From assembly GCA_963699255.1 (NCBI GenBank), contig OY969425.1, positions 1,440,001 to 1,472,000 of the forward strand: a stretch of 32,000 nt of DNA. Direction: 5' to 3'. The notes under the pieces are model-generated. The model did not search any database. It worked only from the letters and a program-made list of their open reading frames with translations, and was not told the DNA's origin. The DNA comes from an uncultured bacterium (GTDB lineage: Bacteria > Margulisbacteria > WOR-1 > CAVSGV01). Both the position numbers and the translations under genes were made by a program. Positions 1-8,983 of the stretch are shown piece by piece. How positions within the stretch are numbered: the first letter of the stretch is position 1; every line of letters begins with the position of its first letter.

Positions 1-1504
1 GATTCAGCTTCGATGAAGAAAAGAGCCTTTGTTGGCCCCCTTCGATGTCAATATCGTTAATTGTATTTCTTATGGCCGTATCAAGAAACTCTGAAATACT
101 GTCTTTGGTTTTGAATAATTTAATCTTTTTATCAATTGGATTATTATATTTGGCCCCGATTATTATTGGGAGCATCCGCATTAAAATGCTCATTTCAGCA
201 AGATACAACGGGAACTCTGCTATATCCAAGCCGAATATATTTTCATTTACGATTTTTTCAATTGCTTTCGATGCATCTTCATTCTGCCTGGTAAATGCAT
301 TAACGATTGAGTCAACAGCGCTATACAAAAACGTTCCGCTACCACATGCCGGATCAATTAAGGATAGGCCTTTTTCTTCAGAAATATTATCTTTCAGACA
401 GCTCCCATAATATCCGATTTGCTTCAGCATAAATGAAACAATCGCCGGATCTGTATAATATTGCCCCTTATTTTCATCCTCGTATAATTCCTTTAAATAA
501 TTTTCATATATATACCCAAAAATTTCATAGCGAACATTTGCAAAGTTATATTGACCAATAAAAACAAAGATATCTAGCCACGGCGAAACATCATGAAGTT
601 CATTTTGGGGTTTCCTAATAAGTTCAAGCAATTTACTTGTTATATAATTTTGCTCTTCGGAAAATGGACGATATATGTTTTTAGAAATCGTTGCAGAGAT
701 TCCGTCAACGATGCCAAGAATTTTACCGTATTGTTGTGATTTTAAGCATCGATATATTGTTTGGTAACTGTCGGTATATTCTTTTTTAAAGTCATCAAAG
801 TCATTATCAGCAATTGTTTTATATAATATGAATTGAATGATATATGCATAAGTTATCTCAGTAGCTCTTTTGCTTGCTTCTTTATCTTTGCCAAGATACC
901 CCTCTAAGTCAATCTTATGTTTAAAACTTCTTATTAGTTGGGTAATATGAGCGAAAAATAACTCCATATTACTCTCCACAGGAAGCTTATCTTCTTTTAT
1001 TAAAGAAAGTTGCCCTTTTGGTTCAAAATATGAGAGGTAATATGTTTCTGGTTTAATGTATTCTTTCCAATACTCAACAAATCTATCAGGATCATTTAAT
1101 ATCTGATCCAAAGTGAAGGAGCGATATATGTTGTTATTGTAAAATCGCCAGGTGTAGCCATCTGTTAATATGCCGTAATGTTTTTCAAAATCTTTTTGAT
1201 AATTAAATAGCTGCTTTACTCCGGCCTCTATATTTCCATAACATTCCGCTTCAACGGGGATAAGGATATCGGGATTAATATATATTACAAAATCCGCCCT
1301 TCTCTTTTCCTTCGCTTTTTTCTCGTGGATATATTCATTCTTTAGTCTTTCTCTTTTTGTTGATAACGCCCCCTCTTTGAGATGAAATAGCTCTGGTGAT
1401 TCGAGGCAGTCTATTATAAAGCTGTGGACACCTGTTCCGGTTTCTTGGGTTTTATATTGTTGCTTTTCACTTGACCATTTACTTTTTAGTCCCTTAATGT
1501 CCAT
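1..1504 (-). CDS. N6-adenine DNA methyltransferase, type IIG-like restriction-modification protein (C-terminal part beyond window edge)
   Basis: Open minus frame from ATG at 1504 (AAAGGA RBS-like sequence upstream) to the window edge; I read the frame through and saw no stop. Begins MDIKGLKSKWSSEKQQYKTQETGTG; has RADFVIYINPDILIPVEAE (possible PD-(D/E)XK-like region), GQYYTDPAIVSFML and motif I LIDPACGSGTFLY, then NIFG. Absent from the supplied ORF track. Confidence 0.88.
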   Translation of the reverse strand, partial: MDIKGLKSKWSSEKQQYKTQETGTGVHSFIIDCLESPELFHLKEGALSTKRERLKNEYIHEKKAKEKRRADFVIYINPDILIPVEAECYGNIEAGVKQLFNYQKDFEKHYGILTDGYTWRFYNNNIYRSFTLDQILNDPDRFVEYWKEYIKPETYYLSYFEPKGQLSLIKEDKLPVESNMELFFAHITQLIRSFKHKIDLEGYLGKDKEASKRATEITYAYIIQFILYKTIADNDFDDFKKEYTDSYQTIYRCLKSQQYGKILGIVDGISATISKNIYRPFSEEQNYITSKLLELIRKPQNELHDVSPWLDIFVFIGQYNFANVRYEIFGYIYENYLKELYEDENKGQYYTDPAIVSFMLKQIGYYGSCLKDNISEEKGLSLIDPACGSGTFLYSAVDSIVNAFTRQNEDASKAIEKIVNENIFGLDIAEFPLYLAEMSILMRMLPIIIGAKYNNPIDKKIKLFKTKDSISEFLDTAIRNTINDIDIEGGQQRLFSSSKLN

Positions 1505-1552
1505 CTTATTCCTTTATATGAGAATGATATTTGAAATATATCTGTTTTGTGA

Positions 1553-1581
1553 ATTATACGCTTATAGCTTATGTGCGTAAA
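1553..1581 (-). promoter_or_regulatory. Putative sigma70-type promoter for the methyltransferase gene
   Basis: On the minus strand: TTTACG - 17 nt - TATAAT, upstream of the ATG at 1504. Confidence 0.5.
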
Positions 1582-1695
1582 GGGTGAGGAAACCACAGCG
1601 TCAGGGCCTCTTTTTGGCCTTTTCTCGCATATCTATTCTCTAGTCTCTAATCTCCAATCTCTACTTTCCCATCTTCCATCTCCCATTTGCCACTC

Positions 1696-1724
1696 TTGCC
1701 AACGATATCGCCATGTGATATACT
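1696..1724 (+). promoter_or_regulatory. Putative sigma70-type promoter of the rpsF operon
   Basis: TTGCCA (1696-1701) - 17 nt - TATACT (1719-1724), about 95 nt upstream of rpsF. Confidence 0.6.
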
Positions 1725-1774
1725 TTCCCGTTGTTCTCCCGATTCCTTATATTAAAAAATATAAGTTGTTGAGG

Positions 1775-1797
1775 GATCCCGATCTCAGGTCGGGATC
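1775..1797 (+). promoter_or_regulatory. Perfect 8-bp hairpin in the rpsF leader
   Basis: GATCCCGA-TCTCAGG-TCGGGATC just upstream of the rpsF start. Confidence 0.45.
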
Positions 1798-1820
1798 AAT
1801 AATGTTAAGGAGGATCCATT

Positions 1821-2237
1821 TTGAAACCATATGAAGCGATAGTTATTTTCAATTCCGGCATCACGGAAGACAAGATCGACGCGTCCATAGCAAAATTCGA
1901 GAAAAAAATAAAGGACTCAGGCGGCACAGACGTTGCCACCGCGAAATGGGGAACGAGAAAACTCGCTTCGCCGATGAAAAAAGCCAAGAAAGCTTCGGAA
2001 GGATATTATGTTCTCATCAATTTTAACGGAGAAGGCAGAACGCCGAACGAGCTTCGGTTGCTCCTGAACGTTTCCGAGGAGATCATCAGGTATTCCGTGG
2101 TATGCGCAAGGCCCGCGGAAGAAGCCGAACCTAAAGAGGAAAAAGTTGAGATCGCGCCTTCAATGATCATGCCGCCCGTTCCCGGAGAGGGCCTGTCCGC
2201 TTCCGACGAGACTTCGCAGCAGGGCGATCAGATTTAG
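1821..2237 (+). CDS. rpsF: 30S ribosomal protein bS6
   Basis: MKPYEAIVIFNSGITEDKI..., bS6 pattern and synteny with ssb-rpsR-rplI. Confidence 0.92.
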   Translation: MKPYEAIVIFNSGITEDKIDASIAKFEKKIKDSGGTDVATAKWGTRKLASPMKKAKKASEGYYVLINFNGEGRTPNELRLLLNVSEEIIRYSVVCARPAEEAEPKEEKVEIAPSMIMPPVPGEGLSASDETSQQGDQI

Positions 2238-2238
2238 A

Positions 2239-2658
2239 ATGGCCAACTTAAACAGGATTATACTTATAGGGACCCTGACAAATGATCCGGAGGTCCGTTT
2301 TACCGTGGAAGGATTGCAGATAGCTAAATTCCAGCTTGCTGTTGACAGGTTCGTGCAGGAAGGCGCGCCGAAACAGGTCGATTATATAGATGTTACCGCA
2401 TGGAGGCGCCTCGCCGAGATCTGCGGCCAGTATCTGAAAAAGGGAAAGACCGCGCTTGTTGAAGGGCGTATCCAGATCAGGACTTTTGAGGACGGAAATG
2501 GGGCAAGGAAATGGGCGACAGAGGTCGTTGCCAGGAATATAAAGCTGATTGGCGAGGCCGTGAAAACACAGCCTGTCAACACTTCCGCTTCCGAGCCTCT
2601 GGATGAAGTGCCCGGTGTTGAAGAACTTCCCGCGGAAGAAAGCGACCTGCCGTTCTAG
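2239..2658 (+). CDS. ssb: Single-stranded DNA-binding protein (copy 1)
   Basis: MANLNRIILIGTLTNDPEVRF...AWRRLAEICGQYLKKGK...VEGRIQ; acidic C-tip ending ESDLPF. Confidence 0.95.
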   Translation: MANLNRIILIGTLTNDPEVRFTVEGLQIAKFQLAVDRFVQEGAPKQVDYIDVTAWRRLAEICGQYLKKGKTALVEGRIQIRTFEDGNGARKWATEVVARNIKLIGEAVKTQPVNTSASEPLDEVPGVEELPAEESDLPF

Positions 2659-2659
2659 A

Positions 2660-2694
2660 AATTAGATATTAGAGGTTAGTAATTAGATATTAGA
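2660..2694. repeat. Short direct repeat between the two ssb genes
   Basis: AATTAGATATTAGA at 2660-2673 and 2681-2694 (period 21). Confidence 0.8.
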
Positions 2695-2718
2695 AAATAG
2701 AGATCAGGGGATATAAAA

Positions 2719-3120
2719 GTGTACAACAAGGTTTTTCTGATAGGCAATTTGACAAAGGACCCGGAACTCAGGTATACCCCGAGCGGGATACCTGTTGCCA
2801 GGTTCACGATCGCGGTGAACAGGCCCTCTTCCAAGAACGATAAAAAAGAAGTGGATTTCATCAATATCGTCGCCTGGAGGAGGCTTGCCGAGATCTGCGG
2901 TGAATACCTGAAAAAGGGCAGGCCGGTATCGATAGAGGGAAGGCTTCAGATCAGGCCGTACGAAAAGGACGGAGAGAAAAAGGTTTTCGCGGAAGTCGTG
3001 GCTGAAGGGATGCAAATGCTGGGCAAGAAGGAAGGGTCTACGACGCAACCGGAAAAGATCCAAGCTGAAGAGCCCGGAACGTCTGCGGCGGCGGGTGAGG
3101 GAGAGGAGATACCTTTTTAG
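2719..3120 (+). CDS. ssb: Single-stranded DNA-binding protein (copy 2), GTG start
   Basis: VYNKVFLIGNLTKDPELRYTPSG...AWRRLAEICGEYLKKGR...IEGRLQ; C-tip ending GEEIPF. Confidence 0.94.
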   Translation: MYNKVFLIGNLTKDPELRYTPSGIPVARFTIAVNRPSSKNDKKEVDFINIVAWRRLAEICGEYLKKGRPVSIEGRLQIRPYEKDGEKKVFAEVVAEGMQMLGKKEGSTTQPEKIQAEEPGTSAAAGEGEEIPF

Positions 3121-3130
3121 TTAGTTTGTT

Positions 3131-3147
3131 GCCCGCCAGAGGCGGGC
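3131..3147. repeat. GC-rich palindromic repeat
   Basis: GCCCGCC-AGA-GGCGGGC; the 17-mer CCCGCCAGAGGCGGGCA recurs at 21320-21336. Confidence 0.75.
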
Positions 3148-3174
3148 ATGGATTTTATTTAAGGGGGAATATTC

Positions 3175-3447
3175 TTGGGAAAAAAAGACAGGGATAGGGA
3201 TAATAAAAGAAAAAGCAACAATGAAGAAAGGCCTCAAAGGAAAAGAAGGAAGAAAGTCTGCATTTTCTGCGCCGACAAGTTCATGCCTGATTACAAGAAG
3301 ATCGATCTCATGAAGAGATTCGTCAGCAGCAGAGGCAAGATCCTCACAATGAGATCATCCGGGTGCTGCGCGAAGCACCAGAGAGCTGTCGCCGGGGAAG
3401 TTAAAAAGGCAAGACAGCTTGGATTCCTGCCTTACACGGTGGACTAA
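3175..3447 (+). CDS. rpsR: 30S ribosomal protein bS18
   Basis: KKVCIFCADKFMPDYKKIDLMKRFVSSRGKILTMRSSGCCAKHQR, bS18-like, in operon context. Confidence 0.9.
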   Translation: MGKKDRDRDNKRKSNNEERPQRKRRKKVCIFCADKFMPDYKKIDLMKRFVSSRGKILTMRSSGCCAKHQRAVAGEVKKARQLGFLPYTVD

Positions 3448-3899
3448 TGAAGATAATTCTTTTAGAGGACGTTAAAGGTGTAGGCCCCGCTGATACCGTC
3501 AAGGATGTCTCCGACGGATATGCCAGGAATTTTTTGCTGCCAAAAGGCGCTGCCGTGATCGCGGATAAAGGAACACTTAAAGTCCTTGATGTCAGGCTTA
3601 AGGCGAAGGCCGAGGGAATAGAAAAAGAAAAGGCCGATCTAAGGAAGATCGCGTCAAAGCTTGACGGCGCCCAGATCAGCATACAGGTGGATGCCGGCGA
3701 AAGCGGAAAGATCTTCGGGTCGGTCACGCACCAGGATATCGCCAGGAAAGTGTTCGAAACGCTTGGCATCGAAGTGGACAAGAAAAAGATCGTTCTGGAC
3801 CAGCCGATAAAAGAGACCGGGTCGTTCGATGTTCCCGTTAAATTCACCTCGGATATCTCCGCGTCCCTGAAAGTGAATGTTGCCGCAAGCCCCAGATAA
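3447..3899 (+). CDS. rplI: 50S ribosomal protein bL9
   Basis: MKIILLEDVKGVGPADTVKDVSDGYARNFLLPKGAA, bL9 signature. Confidence 0.95.
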   Translation: MKIILLEDVKGVGPADTVKDVSDGYARNFLLPKGAAVIADKGTLKVLDVRLKAKAEGIEKEKADLRKIASKLDGAQISIQVDAGESGKIFGSVTHQDIARKVFETLGIEVDKKKIVLDQPIKETGSFDVPVKFTSDISASLKVNVAASPR

Positions 3900-5449
3900 G
3901 CCCGGCGTTTATTTAATAAAGGACAGCTCCGGAAAGATCATATATGTAGGCAAGGCCATATCCATCGCCAAAAGGATAAAGGCTCACTTCAGGCCCGATT
4001 CAAAACTCGCTTCTCACATTGCCGACCTGGATTACATAGTCACGTCAACAGAACTCGAGGCTCTCATGCTCGAGGCGGTGCTGATAAAAAAACATCATCC
4101 AAGGTATAACGTGCTGCTTCGGGACGACAAGCAGTACCCTTACATAAAGCTGACCGTGAACGAAGAGTGGCCGAGCATGTCATTGGTGCGAAAGATCGTT
4201 GATGACGGGGCTGAATATTTCGGGCCTTACAGGAGCCAGACGGTAAAGGATATTTTCAAGTTGGTAAAGCGCCTTTTCCGGATAAGGTGGTGCAGGACGT
4301 TCAAAAAGAGGGATCAGCCGTGCTTTTACTATCACATGCATAAGTGCCTTGCTCCGTGCGCAAGGAACGTTTCGAGGCAGCAGTATTTAAGGTCGGTGAA
4401 GGATATCGAGCTTTTCCTGGAGGGAAAATTCGAGACCGCTATAAAGAAACTTGAAGCTGAAATGGACCAGGCATCGCAAAACAAAGATTACGAGGCGGCG
4501 GCGGAAATAAGGGACAGGCTGAAACTTTTCAAGAGCATCTCGGAGGAACAAAAGGTCGTGACAGCCGACAGGAAAGACAAGGATGTTTTCTTCGTTTCAA
4601 CTTACGGAAATTCGGCGCTGGCCCTGATACTTGAGATCCGCTGCGGGAAACTGACCGGGAAACAGAGCTATTTCATTAAAGACACGAAACTTGAAGAAGA
4701 GGATACTCCTGACAAGCCTGATGGTCCAGTATTATTCAAGCGCGACATACGTGCCTCAAGAGATCATCGCTTCCGCCGATACAAATAAGGCGATCCTGGA
4801 AGGGGCTTTGACCAAACTCAAGGGATCAAATGTCCGCATAAATATCCCCAGGTCCGGTAATGACAAAGGCCTGCTGAAGATGGCGGAGGAGAATTCCAAT
4901 TATGCCCTTCAGCAGAACATAAGGATCGAAGGTAATATTTATGATTCTTTATTTGACCTGAAACGATCCTTAGATCTCGAAAAGATGCCTTACAGGATAG
5001 AGGCATTCGACATCTCGACGACGATGGGAGTTGAAACCGTCGGCTCGATGGCGGTTTTTGAAGGCGGGCTGCCGCTTAAATCCGACTACAGGAAGTTCAA
5101 AGTTGCGCCCGGAAGGAAAGCGAATAACGACGTCGCCGGCATAAGGAATATCGTGATGAGAAGGTACACCGGGAAGCTAAGCTCCCAGCTTGCTTCGCCC
5201 GACCTTGTCCTGATAGACGGAGGGCTCGGCCAGCTTAACGCGGCAAAGCCTTTTATTCCTAAGGGTTCCGCGGTATTGGGCCTGGCGAAAAAACTCGAGG
5301 AGATCTACATGACGGGAAGAAAAGGGCCGATAAGGCTTGATATGGATTCTCCGGCGCTCAAGCTGCTTCGCAGGATAAGGGATGAAGCCCACAGATTCGC
5401 GATAACATTCCACAGGAAGCGAAGAGCCGCCAGGACGTTCTCGAACTGA
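3877..5449 (+). CDS. uvrC: Excinuclease ABC subunit C, reading frame interrupted near 4685-4710 and lacking a C-terminal helix-hairpin-helix domain
   Basis: ORF 3877-4788: PDKPGVYLIKDSSGKIIYVGKA (GIY-YIG) plus UVR-like domain. ORF 4691-5449: MVQYYSSATYVPQEII..., IEAFDISTTMG, DLVLIDGGLGQLNAAK, RDEAHRFAITFHRKRR. The two halves join only across a frame change. Confidence 0.9.
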
Positions 5450-5594
5450 CAGCCGCACTAATTTACCAGTAAACCTAACTTATTCTCCTTTTATCCCCGC
5501 GAATAAATATGTTCATTCGGTGAAATTTCCATTACCTTCTTACGATATATTAAGCGGCAATAGATTTTGTTTTTAAATCCAGGAGGGAAATATA

Positions 5595-6392
5595 ATGGTA
5601 ATGATAATTGACAATCAAAGTTTTCTAAGGACTTCTTTGATAGGCAGAGCTAATATGAAAGAAAATCCGGCTAAGCTCGAACAGAGCGGAGTTAAAGCCT
5701 ATGAAGAGGCTTGCAAAAAATACGGAGTTGAAGTGAACAAGAAGATCCGAAGGGCGCTATTGAAGGGCAAAACTACGCTCAACCTCAGTAATGAAAATAT
5801 CGGTGCCGGACAAGCCATGGCGCTGGCGGAGGCTCTCAAGGTCAATAAGACCTTATGCAAGCTCGGGCTTCATGGGAATAACATCGGCGATGAAGGAGCC
5901 AAGGCGCTTGCAGAGGCGCTTAAGGTCAATCAAAGTTTAACAGAGATCGACCTTGAGGCGAATGATATTGGCGATGAAGGAACCATAGCGATCGCAGAGG
6001 CCCTTATGATCAACAAAAGCTTAACGGGGATCAACCTTAACATGAACAGGTTTGGCGATACAGGAGCCATAGCGATCGCAGAGACCCTTGAGGTCAATAC
6101 GAGCTTGACGGCGCTCTTTCTTTTAAAAAATTGTATCGGCGATGAAGGGGCCATATCGCTTGCGGAGGCCCTTAGGTTTAATAACAGCTTGATGATACTT
6201 GACCTTGCGCAAAATAACATCGGCGATGTAGGAGCCAAGGCGTTTGCAGATGCTTTCAAAATTAATTTAGATGCTATCAAAATCAATAAGAGCTTAACTG
6301 AGCTAGACCTTGCGCAAAATATGATCGGCGAAGAAGGGAAAGCGGCCCTGCGGACGGTCGAGAGGGGATCACTTAATATAGAATGCTATTAA
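5595..6392 (+). CDS. Leucine-rich-repeat protein, ribonuclease-inhibitor/NLR-like 28-residue repeats
   Basis: RBS AGGAGGG at 5581-5587. Repeats such as NKTLCKLGLHGNNIGDEGAKALAEALKV / NQSLTEIDLEANDIGDEGTIAIAEALMI / NKSLTGINLNMNRFGDTGAIAIAETLEV. Confidence 0.9.
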   Translation: MVMIIDNQSFLRTSLIGRANMKENPAKLEQSGVKAYEEACKKYGVEVNKKIRRALLKGKTTLNLSNENIGAGQAMALAEALKVNKTLCKLGLHGNNIGDEGAKALAEALKVNQSLTEIDLEANDIGDEGTIAIAEALMINKSLTGINLNMNRFGDTGAIAIAETLEVNTSLTALFLLKNCIGDEGAISLAEALRFNNSLMILDLAQNNIGDVGAKAFADAFKINLDAIKINKSLTELDLAQNMIGEEGKAALRTVERGSLNIECY

Positions 6393-6563
6393 AGAGATTT
6401 TTATAGTAGCAGATAGCAATGTTTCGGCTGCTTCAAGCGCCGGATAAGCTTCGATTCGATATCAAATAATCCCTAATATTTATCACTTCCCGCTTAAGCT
6501 TTGCCTCTGCCGGCACACTGTCAAATATTTAATAATTATGGTATAATTTCCCTTCGTTTCACT

Positions 6564-7681
6564 GTGAAAAAAACAACTATTTACGCAATTTTTTTTGTGT
6601 TTGCTCTGATGTTCAATGCTTCTTACGGCGAAGACACCAGCAATGAGCAGCAAAAACTGTTAAAGATCCAGACAGAGCTGGCGGAGCAAAAACAAAAACT
6701 TAGATTAACGCGCGCGGAAGAACAGAGGGCCCTGAGCAGCCTTTTTGTCATTAAAAAGAACCTCTCGCTCGCGAAAAAAAGTTTGAGCGAGGCAAAGGGC
6801 AGGGTAAATTATAACCAAAAGAGGATGGCCGAGCTTAAGAAGGAGCTTGCGGCTGCCGAGATCAGCATACGGGACGAAAGCTATAACCTGAAACACAGGA
6901 TAAGGGAAGTTTATAAGAGCGGAAGCGGAGGGTTCCTGGATATCCTGTTCGCGTCCAGGTCCATGTCCGATTTTATAAACAGGACCTATTACTTCGGCCG
7001 TATCATCAATAAAGATGTTGAGCTCATCAGCGATATAAGGCAGCAGGTTGAACAGATAAGGTCGGCGAGAGTACAGCTTGAATCATCGAACAGGGAGATC
7101 AGGGACTCTTTAAAGGTGATCGAAACCCAGAAGCGCGAGATCTCCAGGGCCGACGCCGAGGGGCAAAGGACATATAAGTTTTTGCACGGCAGGCGCAGGA
7201 ATATGAGAGGCGCGTCAGGGAGCTTGAAGCAAGCAGCCTCGAGATCGAGCGGTTCGTCAGGTCCCGCGGAAGGTCGACGGCTGTTTCTTCCGGAAAGTTC
7301 AGCTGGCCTATTGCGGGCAGTATCAGGATCGTTTCAAAGTTCGGATATAGAAGGCACCCGATCTGGGGAAGGCTTGATTTCCATACCGGGGTCGACATAG
7401 CGGCTGCGTATGGAAAACCGATAATGTGCGCTGACAGCGGAGAGGTAATATACAGCGGATGGTGGGACGGGTATGGAAAAGCTGTGGTCATTGATCACGG
7501 CAGGGGGTATACTACTGTTTACGGCCATATGTCCAGGATCTACATACAGGCGGGCCAAAAGGCGGAAAAGAACCAGGTAATAGGACTCGTGGGAAGCACA
7601 GGTTTTGCAACAGGACCGCATCTGCATTTTGAAATAAGGTATAATGGCAAGCCGGTTAACCCGCTACCTTTCCTGATCTGA
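6564..7681 (+). CDS. EnvC/NlpD-like murein hydrolase activator, M23 peptidase with N-terminal coiled coil; frame interrupted near 7178-7200
   Basis: Likely GTG start 6564 (VKKTTIYAIFFVFALMFNASYG signal peptide, inside ORF 6501-7400). C-terminal part in another frame: QEYERRVRELEASSLEIERFV...FSWPIAGSIRIVSKFGYRRHPIWGRLDFHTGVDIAAAYGKPIMCADSGEVIYSGWWDGYGKAVVIDHGRGYTTVYGHMS...GPHLHFEIR. Confidence 0.87.
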
Positions 7682-7705
7682 AAAAAATATTAAGGAGGAA
7701 AATGA

Positions 7706-8983
7706 ATGAGTAAGAAGAACATTGTTATCATATTGATCCTTTTTACGGTGTTATCGATCTTCATAGCGGGTGACGCAAAGAAGGCGAGATCGGCAGATGA
7801 CCTGGAGTCAAAGCTGAACATATACCTTCAGGTCCTGGACGCCGTTAAGAACGATTATGTTAATAAGAACCTGGACAATACGAAGCTGATGTACGGATCC
7901 ATAAGGGGACTGCTTGATTCCCTAGACGATCCGTATACAAGGTTCCTGGAACCAAACTCATACAAAGAAATGAAAATAAGGCTTTCCGGCTCCTATTCGG
8001 GCATCGGCATATATATAGGTATCAAGGATAAACAGCTGATAGTGATCTCTCCGATAAAGGGCACTCCGGCATGGCAGGCAGGCCTGAAGCCGAGAGATAA
8101 AATATTGGCCATTGAAGGCAAGCAAACCAAGGATATGGCGCTTGATGAAGCGGTAAGTTTGATAAGGGGGCCGAGTGGATCACTGGTGACCATGTCGATA
8201 TTAAGGGGATCGGCCAGGGAGCCGAAAGATTACAAGATAGCGAGAGAAAAGATCGTTATCAAGAGCGTTGAAACGGACATATTGGAAGGGAACTTAGGGT
8301 ATATTAAGCTGAACACTTTTGAGAACCAGAATGCCGCTGAAGATATGGAAAAAGCCCTTAACAATATGAAAGATAAACAGATAAAGGGGATCGTACTGGA
8401 TGTAAGGAATAACGGAGGGGGTCTCCTTCAGAACGCGATCGAGATCGGCAGTATGTTCATAAAGGACGGGACGATAGTGTATACGGTCGACCGGGAAGGC
8501 AAAAAGGAAACGATAAGCAGCACCGGAAATCTGGTATGGAACAGGCCCATCGTCATGCTTATAAACGAGTCAAGCGCGTCGGCATCGGAGATCCTTGCGG
8601 GAGCTCTTCATGACAATCACATAGCCACTCTTGTTGGAACAAGATCGTTCGGTAAAGCATCGGTACAGAACGTGAAGCAGCTCGAGGACGGCTCCGCCAT
8701 ACTGCTGACGATCGCGAAGTACCTTACTCCGAACGGAACGGACATTATGAAGAAGGGCATTGAACCTGATTACGTTGTGGAGATACCAACATCGGAGGCC
8801 GATGCCGCCCTGGAAACGGACGAAAAGACCGCCGATGTCGAGAAAGATCCTCAACTCAAAAAAGCTGTTGAGATACTGTCAGGATTGATCGTCGGGGTAC
8901 ACCCCGGAGTGAAAAAGAACAAATACTTCAGGGCAAATATAAGAGGCGGAAGGGCAAGAAAGGTCAGTGCGGTTTCGCTTTAA
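7706..8983 (+). CDS. ctpA: C-terminal processing peptidase, S41 family, with PDZ domain
   Basis: YVN...DPYTRFLEP, PDZ region SPIKGTPAWQAGLKPRDKI, catalytic-type NESSASASEILAGALHDN and GTRSFGKASVQ. Confidence 0.93.
   Translation: MSKKNIVIILILFTVLSIFIAGDAKKARSADDLESKLNIYLQVLDAVKNDYVNKNLDNTKLMYGSIRGLLDSLDDPYTRFLEPNSYKEMKIRLSGSYSGIGIYIGIKDKQLIVISPIKGTPAWQAGLKPRDKILAIEGKQTKDMALDEAVSLIRGPSGSLVTMSILRGSAREPKDYKIAREKIVIKSVETDILEGNLGYIKLNTFENQNAAEDMEKALNNMKDKQIKGIVLDVRNNGGGLLQNAIEIGSMFIKDGTIVYTVDREGKKETISSTGNLVWNRPIVMLINESSASASEILAGALHDNHIATLVGTRSFGKASVQNVKQLEDGSAILLTIAKYLTPNGTDIMKKGIEPDYVVEIPTSEADAALETDEKTADVEKDPQLKKAVEILSGLIVGVHPGVKKNKYFRANIRGGRARKVSAVSL

Noticed and set aside
45-410. 121-aa plus-strand ORF
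   Set aside because: Antisense to the methyltransferase frame that contains DPACGSGTFLY; shadow ORF.
1571-1834. 87-aa plus-strand ORF upstream of rpsF
   Set aside because: Covers promoter, pyrimidine-rich repeat and leader hairpin, no RBS or recognisable domain, and runs into the rpsF start.
4685-4710. Programmed +1 frameshift in uvrC
   Set aside because: I see no RF2-like stop/slippery arrangement or stimulator; indel or decay is simpler. Kept only as a disruption finding.
7175-7200. Programmed -1 frameshift in the M23 gene
   Set aside because: T5 run does not make a canonical X XXY YYZ heptamer in the zero frame; likely indel in homopolymer.
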